Below are positions 53,455 through 64,000 of a DNA stretch of 64,000 nucleotides, piece after piece. Made by a program: the position numbers and the translations under genes. How positions within the stretch are numbered: position 1 is the stretch's first letter; the number at the start of each line of letters is the position of its first letter. Origin of the DNA: Octopus sinensis. Its lineage: Eukaryota. Under the pieces are notes generated by a model, which was given only the letters and a program-made list of their open reading frames with translations, was not told the origin of the DNA and ran no database searches. The stretch lies in assembly GCF_006345805.1 (NCBI RefSeq), contig NC_043002.1, forward strand, positions 33,232,001-33,296,000, given 5' to 3'.

Positions 53455-54324
53455 TAAGTTCTAAATAGTGTTCAGTCCGGTCGCTAATAAAATGACGAGA
53501 CTTTAAGTAAGAGAGTTCTCGGGGAGTTTGTAAATATGTGGTTGAGTTGAGGTGTGCATATGCATAGGTGTATCTATATGCATAGGTATCTCCATCTGCA
53601 TTCATGTTCTATATGAACATGTCCTTTTAGTGCTCATTTGGTACTTACTTTACCGAACTTGAAAGGATGAAAGTCGATGCAACTAAGCATTTTGTATGCA
53701 TGTATGTGTGTATACATGTAAGTATGCATGCATATAGTAATGTAAGAGTTATCAAGTATATTAAACTGTCAACTTTTGATAAAATAAGCATGCGTACACA
53801 TACATAACCTAATTTGTTTGTAATCATTTTGTATGAGATGTTTTGTATTGTATGTGGAGTAAGGGACCCTAAAATCAATAAAGGAACAATTATGATTACT
53901 GTTGTTGTCATTGTCGTCGTCGACGCTGCTGTTGTTGTTCAACATTTGGTAGTTTCAGGTAAATTTCTACTGCATCACCTGCTACACCTCCATGTTACAA
54001 AGGTGTGAGCAACATTGTATGTTCTTTTTGATGTTGGGGGAGTGCAAACTCTTCCCGGTATTGAATTGCGCCAGTTTCTTTTGTTATAGGGTCTGGTGAA
54101 GTCTTTTGTTGTATTAATGCTTGTACTGCGTGTAGTGTTTGTAGCGCGCGCTGGGTGTTTGTTCTAGTGGTGGCAGTTTATTTTATTGGATATTTGCTAT
54201 ATAGAGTGCCTTGTGTTTGTGGATTGTTCTGTTTGGATTGTATTATTGAATTGATTGTGTTTGCGTAGAACGTGGGCTGTTGTTGTTGTTGTTGTTGTTA
54301 TTATTATTATTGTTGTTGTTGTTG

Positions 54325-54812
54325 CCTTTGCACAGATTCTAACGCTAGAGATATACTACTGTATCAGATGTTCACTACCAGTGAACTAAGGTAACACCTC
54401 TTATTTTTCGAGCACCTTCCGGAGTATTCTAGCTGTTCCAAGCAGTGCTGTTTTCTGCAAGCGCTCCACCCTCATTGCAGCTCCTATTTGTTCTACGTAC
54501 TTCTCGAGATTTTTGCTCACTGTTCCCAGGGCTCCGACAATTATTGGTACTACTGCTATCTTTTTTCATCGACCACGACTGCTTAGCTTCCCAAGCTAAT
54601 CTGTCATATCTCTCGGCTTTTCTTTCTTCCTTATCGCATACCTTGTTGTCAGCATGCAATGTCTATGATTCAACATAGTTTGCATTCTTTCTCAATTAAG
54701 ACCATGTCCGGCTTCCTATTCTCAATCTCATGATCGCACTGAATCATAAAATCCCATAGGATCCTTGCATTTCTATTTTCGACAATGCCTTCAGGTTTGT
54801 GGTCGTGCCAAT
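54325..54812 (-). pseudogene. 3' end of an RLE-type LINE (R4/Dong- or NeSL-like)
   Basis: ILWDFMIQCDHEIENRKPDMV...IIDIA...VPIIVGALG...LQKTALLGTARILRKVL, the PD-(D/E)xK restriction-like endonuclease region; (CAA/TAA)n tail, (TAA)n at the 5' junction. Confidence 0.85.
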
Positions 54813-54822
54813 ATTATTATTA

Positions 54823-54883
<61 letters not shown>

Positions 54884-55522
54884 GATTATTATTAATTAAT
54901 TAATTAATTAATTAATTATCATTATTACTGTATTTGAATACTTTTCCATTATTCCAAAAACGTGAGCTTAAACCAATTACTGAAATGGACTAAATACCAT
55001 GGATTTAGATATATCAAAGGAATGACGATGTACTGAATGATTTGAAAATTGCCTTTTCGTTGGGAAAAGAACAAAGAATCAACGTTAACTGTCAGCGAGT
55101 TTTAAAGAAAAGGGAAGGTAATTTCAAGGAAATACGAATTTATTTCACAAAGGATTGAACTTCCATGACAAAGGAATAAACAATCATCTTATGAACTTCA
55201 GCTGTTACCAACGTATTTGTTTTCCGAAATAAATTGAGTTTCATGTTTGAAGCTCTGATGTTTGAAGCTCTGATGAAACGGTGAGGTATTACTTAGGCAC
55301 TCAAATATTAGTCTACCACATCTTAATAGTGGAAACAGCTGTAAGCTAATGAAGTTCATAAGAGAATAGCTTATGCCTTTGTCATCTGTAAATGACTAAC
55401 CTTTCATCCAAAGCATACGTATAGTAAATTCTACACTTCTGTGCTATATAGGACACACGCACAATGCCTAAGCGAAATGTGTACGTATATTTGTATATAT
55501 ATATGTATACATATATACATAC

Positions 55523-55553
<31 letters not shown>

Positions 55554-55621
55554 CATACATACATACATACATACATGCATGCATGCGTGCATACATACGC
55601 ACACACATAAACACACACACA

Positions 55622-55689
<68 letters not shown>

Positions 55690-56180
55690 AAAGAGTAACA
55701 CTCCAGAGCGTAAGCAGAATATTTAGTATTTAGAGCACCTATGTGAGATACACACCTGAGTGATGTTGTGCGTGTAGAGTATATGGCCAAAAGGTTATAA
55801 TAGTATTTAGAGTAGCGATTAATGTGATATACACTCGAGGGGTATGTACGATGTATACATCATACATCCTATATATCCCTCCGGTGCATAGAAGATGTAT
55901 TACTGGATCTGATGTATAAACTTTAAAGATTAATGATGTGTGTATGTGCGTATGTGAGTGATATACTCCCCCGAGCTGTGCATGGTATTTGTGTGTTTGT
56001 GCGTGTGTCCTATATAGCACAGAAGTATGTTGGATATTTTATGAGCTTGTTTATATCACACGGTACTATGTGGGTGTCTATTTATAATATATATCTCTCT
56101 ACCACCCCTCTTTCTCACGTAATCTATCTATCTATCTCTCCTCTCTCTCCCTCTCTCTCCCTCTCTCTCTATATGTATGA

Positions 56181-56237
<57 letters not shown>

Positions 56238-56252
56238 ATTATATATATATAT

Positions 56253-56283
<31 letters not shown>

Positions 56284-56387
56284 TATATATATATATTATC
56301 AAAGTAGTACACACACCTACAATATGTATATATATATATATAATGCTTCATTTCACTTATATACGGCTGTAGTGCTTGTGTGTACAC

Positions 56388-56452
<65 letters not shown>

Positions 56453-57208
56453 ATGCGCATACATATGTACACTATGTAATCTGTGTATATATGTGTCTGT
56501 TGTTTATTCGTATGCGTGTATGTAGGTGTGAGTGTGAGTGTGTGTCTGTGTGTATGAGCGTTAATATTGTAGGTGTGTGTACTACTTTGATAATATCTAT
56601 TTGTGCTTTTATGTTTGTCATGAAATATTTTATCAGTGAACGTATAGGCACGCGCACATGCGTGTGTATCTGTGTGCGTGCATGAGTGTATGTATGTATG
56701 TATGTATGTATGTATGTATGTATGTATGAGTGCATGTGAGTCTAGATGTATTTATAGTGTATATATTTATAGATGCAAAAGTCATATGTATATATAAATA
56801 AAAATTGTATTTACATATGTGTATATGTATGCGTGTGTCTGTGTTTCTGTGTGTGTATGTGTGTGTATGTCTGTGTGTGTGTATGAGCGTGTATATGTTA
56901 ATATGTGCGCGTGTGCAAGTGTGTATATGTATGCGCGCGTAATTGTAAAAATAAGCTAGAAATAGACAAACAGGCGTTCACGCAGAAATCTATTTCAGAT
57001 GTTATCGTGAATATGAAATATAAATAAAACCAGGTGAATACACGTATACATACACGCACATACTCATACGAACGCACACACACACACACACACGCACGCA
57101 AACACTCACACATATATACCTATATATATATATATGTGTGTGTATATGTACATGTGTATAGATAGGTATATATATGAATGTATATATATAATACACACAC
57201 ACAGCTAC

Positions 57209-57247
<39 letters not shown>

Positions 57248-57312
57248 TATTATATATATAGATATAGATATGTATATATAATATATATATATATATATAA
57301 TATATATAATAT

Positions 57313-57389
<77 letters not shown>

Positions 57390-57422
57390 GATAGATAGAT
57401 AGATATGTATGTATATATATAC

Positions 57423-57846
57423 ACTCTTTACTCTCTCTAATCTTTTACATATTTCAGTCATTTGACTGAGGCCATGCTGGAGCACCGTCTTTAGTCGAGC
57501 AAATCGACCCTGGAACTTATTCTTTGTAAGCCTAGTACTTATTCTATCGGTCTCTTTTGCCGAACCGCTAAGGGGACTTAAACACACCAGCATCGGTTGT
57601 CAAGTGATGTTGGGGGGACAAACACAGGCACACAAATGCACATACACACACTCACACACACATATATATATATACTTATATACGACGGGCTTTCAGTTTC
57701 AGCTTCCGTCTACCCTATCCACTGAAGGCATTGGTCGGCCCGAAGCTATAGTAGAAGACACTTGTCCAAGGTACCACGCTTTGGGACTGAACCCGGAACC
57801 ATGTGATTGGTAAGCAAGCTACTTACCGCACAGCCACTCCTGCGCC

Positions 57847-57847
<1 letters not shown>
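57423..57847 (-). mobile_element. SINE family A
   Basis: Full length. Confidence 0.85.
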
Positions 57848-57881
<34 letters not shown>

Positions 57882-57888
57882 TAATATA

Positions 57889-57929
<41 letters not shown>

Positions 57930-59155
57930 CGAAACATCATAAAGAAGAGAGGTGAATTATACATCTTGAAAAATTATTTATTACGATATTATTCCAATCC
58001 GACACGTGTTTTACTGAATAAGTGTCCTCGTGTTCTTTAATGTAACATTTATGTGTATTTAGTCGATTCAGTTGCAGAAAGCATTCGTCGAAGGTAAACA
58101 TTCCTATTCAGCTTTGCTCAAGTTTTTGTTTACCCATTCGGGTGAGTGAAGCGAACTGACGATTGAAGTATTAGATAGTCTTCTTTAAAGTATATTCCGG
58201 CTGAGGGATCATAAAACCTCGAAGTGCATAATATTAGAATTTGTGTTGAAATATGATATTAATATAATTCTGGTATCGTTTAAACATAGAATGACCCTTT
58301 CATACATTAAGGGAACTGATTTTTATATACACTTAATAGAAGAAAAACATTTAATTAGGTCAGGATTCATTCACATTACTAACCAAACATAATGAGGATA
58401 ATACGATGCCATATAAGATAAATATACAGATTTAAAACGAAGCAAAAGGAAAGGGAAATATATATTGTTTCAGTTTGGGTAATCAGACTCGATCATATTA
58501 ATAACATTTTTATAAGTTTTTGGGTCTTAGAAGTCTAGTTGGATCATTTCATTTTGATCAGCAGATTGATAAATTAATTTTTTTAAACTAAACATTTTCA
58601 AACTTCGGATACTGGTAGAATGCGTCATTTAGAACATCTTTTACTCTTAGCGTTGTTGAGAAAAGTTTCTATTTACGAAGTTATTTCGCGTTGAAGTTGT
58701 CGTGTTTCGGTAATTTCAACCAATCAATGACGTGTATTCAGCTGAATAAAATTAATGGTGTTGTTTGTCAACAACAACTACCGGCGGTGTATATTTCGTT
58801 TGTCACCGTTATTTATGACATATTTCATCTCAGTTACGTTCGTATGAATAAACGAGTGTATCTGAAGCACGTTTACTTCATGACACCACCACAATCGTTC
58901 GTGTATTTCTGCTGTATGGCCGCAGTCAAATGACTGAAGCAAGTAAAAGATTAAAAGAGTATGTGTATGTGTGCGTGTGAGTCCAATGCATCTTATAGTG
59001 GAAACAGTTGTAAGCTAATGAAGTTCATAAGATAATCGTTTGTTGGTTTGTCATTTCATTTTCTTATTACTCCTCTGCACCCGATTAACGCTTCGTCCAG
59101 AAGCATATGTATGCTGAGTTCTACATTAGGTTATTAGTACCATAATGAACACACG

Positions 59156-59197
<42 letters not shown>

Positions 59198-59249
59198 CAC
59201 ACACACACACACACATAACATGATTCGCTGAAATTATTTCCACTTCCAG

Positions 59250-59335
59250 ATGGAATAAACCAATCACTTGACGGCAAATGGTGTCAAATCCGAACGAGAA
59301 GGGGAGATGATGTCAGGCATCGAAATATTTCACAA
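59250..59335 (+). CDS. Candidate exon (GINQSLDGKWCQIRTRRGDDVRHRNISQ)
   Basis: TATTTCCACTTCCAG acceptor, CAA|GTAACC donor, single open frame (phase 1 to 0). Confidence 0.3.
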
Positions 59336-59588
59336 GTAACCTGTACTGTTAATTCTTGTTATGGTGTGTGTGTGTTTGGAAATGCCTGAGCATTTCGTCT
59401 GCTGGATAGAAGGTCGATCTATTGCTGTGTTGTTTATGCATATGGACGAGGAAACATGCGTCCACAACAATAAACTTCCTTTTTAAATTGTTTATCATTT
59501 TTCCATTAATGACATGCCGATTTTAGAGAACCCTTGAACCGGTCAATATATAAACACAAAAACCGGGAAAATATTCACAAACGCGAAT

Positions 59589-59879
59589 ATGAACTGCAAA
59601 AGCAGAAATTTAATTTACTGCATCAAATGCCCAAATTGTGAAGAAATATATGTAGGTCAGACGGGAAACGCACTATTAGAACGCTCACGTGTACACCGGC
59701 AACAGATTAGAGACCCAGAGGTCCGTCAGATACCTTTGAGTAACCACCTAGCAACATGTGGTCGGAAAATATATATAATATTTCCATTCTACAAATTACA
59801 CAGCCCAAGTGAAATCGAGAGGAAAATCAGAGAAAAGAATTTTATTGATAAATTCGAACCCAAGCTAAATAAGCAATAA
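59589..59879 (+). CDS. GIY-YIG endonuclease domain of a 5'-truncated Penelope-like element
   Basis: NLIYCIKCPNCEEIYVGQT...ERSRVH...H...REKNFIDKFEPKLN; typical PLE endonuclease with conserved R, E and N; no RT upstream. Confidence 0.9.
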   Translation: MNCKSRNLIYCIKCPNCEEIYVGQTGNALLERSRVHRQQIRDPEVRQIPLSNHLATCGRKIYIIFPFYKLHSPSEIERKIREKNFIDKFEPKLNKQ

Positions 59880-60196
59880 TAATAATACTTAGAGGTATTA
59901 CTTCCACTGCTACGACCATGACCACTAACAACAACAACAATACTAAAGGTGATCAAGATGAAGATAGCAGGAAAATTATCTTATTTAGGGTTAAAAATTC
60001 TATTGCCACCACCATCACCACTAGCAACAATAATTAAGGTGTTGACAATGATGATGATGACAATTGAAATATAAAAATATAAAAATCTCTGACAAAGGAT
60101 ATTTACAACATTTCTAAAAATAACTCAACAATTGCTGCTTCGGCCAGGGTCAAGATACAGGACTCTTGACATATCCAACAAAGCGTGATGCCTAAA

Positions 60197-60311
60197 CCAA
60201 TCAGCTCAACCAACCAATCAGCTTAAGTAATTGAGTGATACTACACACTGATTGGTCAGAATACAGTTTGCAAAACCTAGCACTCTGGAGCCTCTCCCAG
60301 CTGTATTTATA
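60197..60311 (+). promoter_or_regulatory. Candidate pol II promoter in the PLE pLTR
   Basis: CCAAT at 60197 and 60214, ATTGG at 60251, TATTTATA at 60304-60311, about 65 nt upstream of the HHR. Confidence 0.5.
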
Positions 60312-60374
60312 GCACAGAATCAATCATCTTGCTACAGTCAAAAGTTGTGAAGCATGACTGTCAACACTACTACA

Positions 60375-60419
60375 TGAACCCGAAGATTGCAGAATTCAAT
60401 GCATGAAAGTACTAGTTCA
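60375..60419 (+). ncRNA. Minimal type I hammerhead (U4C variant)
   Basis: TGAAC-CCGAAGA-T-TGCA-GAATTCAA-TGCA-T-GAAA-GTAC-TA-GTTCA; palindromic AGUACU stem III; CUA triplet. Confidence 0.8.
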
Positions 60420-60614
60420 ATTAGAATGAATATTTAACATTCTACTATTTCATTTTATTTTATTCAATTATAATATATTATCTTATAATATATCATTATA
60501 AGATTGTAAATAAAACGTGAAAATCAGACAAGGTTGGAATTCTTTTTATTAATATATTCTTCTATACACAATCACACACACCCATATATATATATCTATC
60601 TATCTATCTATCTA

Positions 60615-60695
<81 letters not shown>

Positions 60696-60715
60696 TAATA
60701 TATATATATGAAGTT

Positions 60716-60920
60716 AATCCAAACAAGAAAGCACAAAAAAAACACAACAACGTGAGGACGTGGAACAAATATAGTATTATTGGACGCTCAGGAAAGAAGG
60801 AAAGAAGGAGGGTTTAACGTTTCGAGCGGAGCTCTTCGTTGGAAACATAGGAGAAGGAAAGATCCAGAGAAGGGAAGACAGAGGAAAAAAATCGCCAACG
60901 GTACTCATGAGGTCACATTT
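60716..60920 (-). mobile_element. pLTR-like element with atypical HHR-like motif (60812-60846)
   Basis: Minus: GTTT-CCAACGA-A-GAGC-TCC-GCTC-GAAAC-GTT-AAAC; related to 2626-2777. Confidence 0.6.
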
Positions 60921-61042
60921 TGAAAAATATATATATAATATACATATACATATGTATATATACATATGTACATATAATATACATATGTATACATACATAT
61001 TAAATATAATATATAATACATATGTATCTATCTATCTATTTA

Positions 61043-61099
<57 letters not shown>

Positions 61100-61165
61100 A
61101 TGTTAATATGTTAATATGTATATGTCTGTGTGTGCGTGCGTTCATGCGTATAGTACATATATATA

Positions 61166-61256
<91 letters not shown>

Positions 61257-62600
61257 AACTTACTTTGATCCATACAAACATACATATGCTCGCACACTTT
61301 TAATTTGAAATATAAAAAGATGTAAATTCAATTTTATGAATTCAGTACTTTTCTCTTATTTCTTTTCGCTTGTAAACTGAAAAGTACTTAACTACACACA
61401 TATACACGCACACGCACACACACACACACACACACACATGGAATTCCGCCAAGTAACTCCTACCCTCATCTCTAAAACAACAACAACAACAACAACAACC
61501 AATAATAGCGCGTTACTTTGTAAATATGTATCACCTCTCATTGCTTTTTCATCAAAGACCGCCGCAATAAATGAAATCTTAAATAAACCTCCATTGAACG
61601 AATCAATAGATTATAGTGAATATTAAAAGAATATATCGATAATTCCCCACTCTCATTTGTTGCCCCTAATCAATAACAGTTTTGCTGTTGCTTCCTATGA
61701 TTATCTTTTCCAGGTTACAAGCACATCGTCATGTGACTAAACTGTAAGAGTGGGAATGAGTGACGGCAGCTTGTGTAGTTTTCACTTGCTGCAGAATGGG
61801 TTGTAGCATATGTGTAGTGTAAGCTGCTTTTTGTAACACGTCAACCTAAAAGGGTAAACACATTAACCCAGCAAGCTAAACAAAGAAACTAATCTGTTTA
61901 AAAATAATAACCGCTTCAATTAAAAACCGTAAAAGAAAATCGATCGAGAAAATAACACGTGAAATTAGACATATTCGATTAGTCATAATAAATACTAATC
62001 AAGTTAAAAATATGGAGAAAAAAATAACAGGCAAGTTAGACCAACAGACCTTTCAAATTAAACACAAAAGCTAACCAGATTTAACATATGTTTTAACTCC
62101 ATTTATTACTGGAACTGCGACCAACTTCTGTAAACAGGGATAGAGAGATAGGAAATGTATTTTGTTAGAGAGGCAAAATAACACAGAGTTCTGGCCTATT
62201 TTTTAAAAATTATATCTGTATGGTTTTATTTAGAAATGTAATTATAAGTGAGTCGTTAAATAATCATATAATTATTTTATATAAATTTCAATATTTTCTA
62301 TATGCTCTAAATAAATTGCATAACGTCTCTTCAGACGTTTTCGGCTTTATATAACTTGCTTCAACATCACTGCATGCGTTTCTATCAGTTTTGTAATATG
62401 TGAATTGTGTGAATGGGATGTTGTAGAAAAATATGGAATAAATACCAATATTACATCGACACCAGTGCTTAATTGGTATTACTATGTATAATAATAATAT
62501 GATGGATGTATTAGGCTTCGTATATTTGTACCCGAGTGTGACTTTGATAGCATGCGCTGCTCTCTCACTCAATGACAATAATAATAATGATGATGATAGA

Positions 62601-62671
<71 letters not shown>

Positions 62672-62697
62672 TAATAATAATAATAACATAATAACGC

Positions 62698-63254
62698 TGC
62701 CCTGATGCAGTGCCATGTACTAGGCAGTGGCTCTCATGGCTTCTGATCTTAACTGATTGGAAGTGTTACCATGTACACTGTTTTGTCTTGGTATAAAAGA
62801 TGGACTTCAGCAAATAATCTGCTCTATACCACAGATTTGCTTGTCGGTTGTTTGACCTTAACCAGTTGACCATGTCCCTTAGTGGCTGACGATATGTGCA
62901 TCTCTGATCAGAAGTAGTGGGGGAGCATCATAGGCATGTGGTGAGAGGAACTCTTTGGGGTTTGGATAATTCATCTCTGGAAACAAGGATGTTTTGTTCA
63001 ACATCCTTAAACAATCCTTATTCAGGGACCTTTTGAGCGGGATGGGCTACTCGACCTGAAGAAAATTCTAACTGGGCCCCACCTGCAAGGTCATGCGCTG
63101 TTTATCTTGATATGAGATCACCAATGTCGCACACAAATGGTTGCGATGCATGTGCTTAGTGTACCCTTATCAGACGAGTAGTTATGATGTGTATATTGGG
63201 CTTCGTATATTTTACTCCAGCGTCACTTTGATGGCATGCACTGCTCTCGTACTC
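62698..63254 (+). mobile_element. Second full copy of the (TAA)n-associated retroposon
   Basis: Flanked by (TAA)n; a 3'-only copy lies at 62499-62570. Confidence 0.85.
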
Positions 63255-63273
63255 AATAATAATAATAATGATG

Positions 63274-63341
<68 letters not shown>

Positions 63342-63351
63342 AATAATAATG

Positions 63352-63435
<84 letters not shown>

Positions 63436-64000
63436 TTAGTTTTAGGTTGAGTAAATCGCCTGCACTACTGGACGTACTTAAATTAGCAACCTCAGAAAGC
63501 TGTTGGGCAATTTTCTTTCTGGTGAGATTCGAACTCAAAATGTTGGGGCATATAACAAAATACGGCAAGATAATTTGTTAGATGTTCAATGCTTAGCGAC
63601 ATAAAGCTGCCAAAATGAAGAAATAAAACTGGGAGCTAATATTCCTTTTTTATAATCTATCCAATCAGTTCAAAGAAATAATTGAACATGCATTTTGCTG
63701 TCATAGGTCATTTTCCGCAATAAAGTTTCCCTTAATATCACCCAGTACATATGTACAATCACTCCCACCCCAATGACAACCCACCCAGTACATATTCTAT
63801 ACATTCACCACCCACTACTATAAGGCAATCACTTCTCAACACTACAAAATACTCTCACACAGTATAGATTTTGACTTAAGTCTCTCGAGGTGGGAGATAT
63901 ATAAGGTTAGGCAACAAGTTTTCGTCAGTATCTTTGATCAATTGCAGTACTCTCTGTTACTGTCTAACTGGTCGTCCTGCCGAAAATATTCAACATCAAG

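Noticed and set aside
55009-55117. Candidate exon IYQRNDDVLNDLKIAF...
   Set aside because: Purine-rich weak acceptor; consistent with a chance ORF.
55330-55380. CTAATGA motif in a repeat shared with about 58990-59030
   Set aside because: Repeat is real, but no convincing stem II or GAAA.
62698-62775. HDV-like or hammerhead ribozyme at the 5' end of the TAA-associated element
   Set aside because: Two hairpins are visible, but the pseudoknot and core could not be assembled.

Overview
AT-rich, microsatellite-saturated animal genomic DNA. The SINE families and repeat composition resemble Octopus/cephalopod DNA; this is an inference from memory, not a database search. No host protein-coding gene can be identified with confidence: most ORF-track entries are microsatellite translations, and only a few candidate small exons were seen. 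The window is a layered transposon landscape with four tRNA-type SINE families, non-autonomous Helitrons, a deleted mariner-type element, MITEs, and LINE relics (Tx1/L1-like, RTE, R4/Dong-like RLE). It also holds many Penelope-like element (PLE) pieces: a degenerate RT ORF at about 36.0-38.6 kb and an intact GIY-YIG C-terminus at 59589-59879. The most striking signal is absent from the ORF track: a set of minimal type I hammerhead ribozyme (HHR) motifs. The best sit in two small non-coding, retrozyme-like elements with tandem plus inverted architecture: 1837-2598 (352-bp monomer, HHR on a long rod-like stem) and 42978-43938 (589-bp monomer). Others follow PLE ORFs (38816-38885, 60375-60419), and a family has atypical catalytic cores. 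Also notable are a 540-560-bp non-coding retroposon found only in (TAA)n tracts, a triplicated SINE inside one 18-bp TSD, and a tandem GC-rich hairpin. All structures were read by eye; coordinates of degenerate repeats are approximate.
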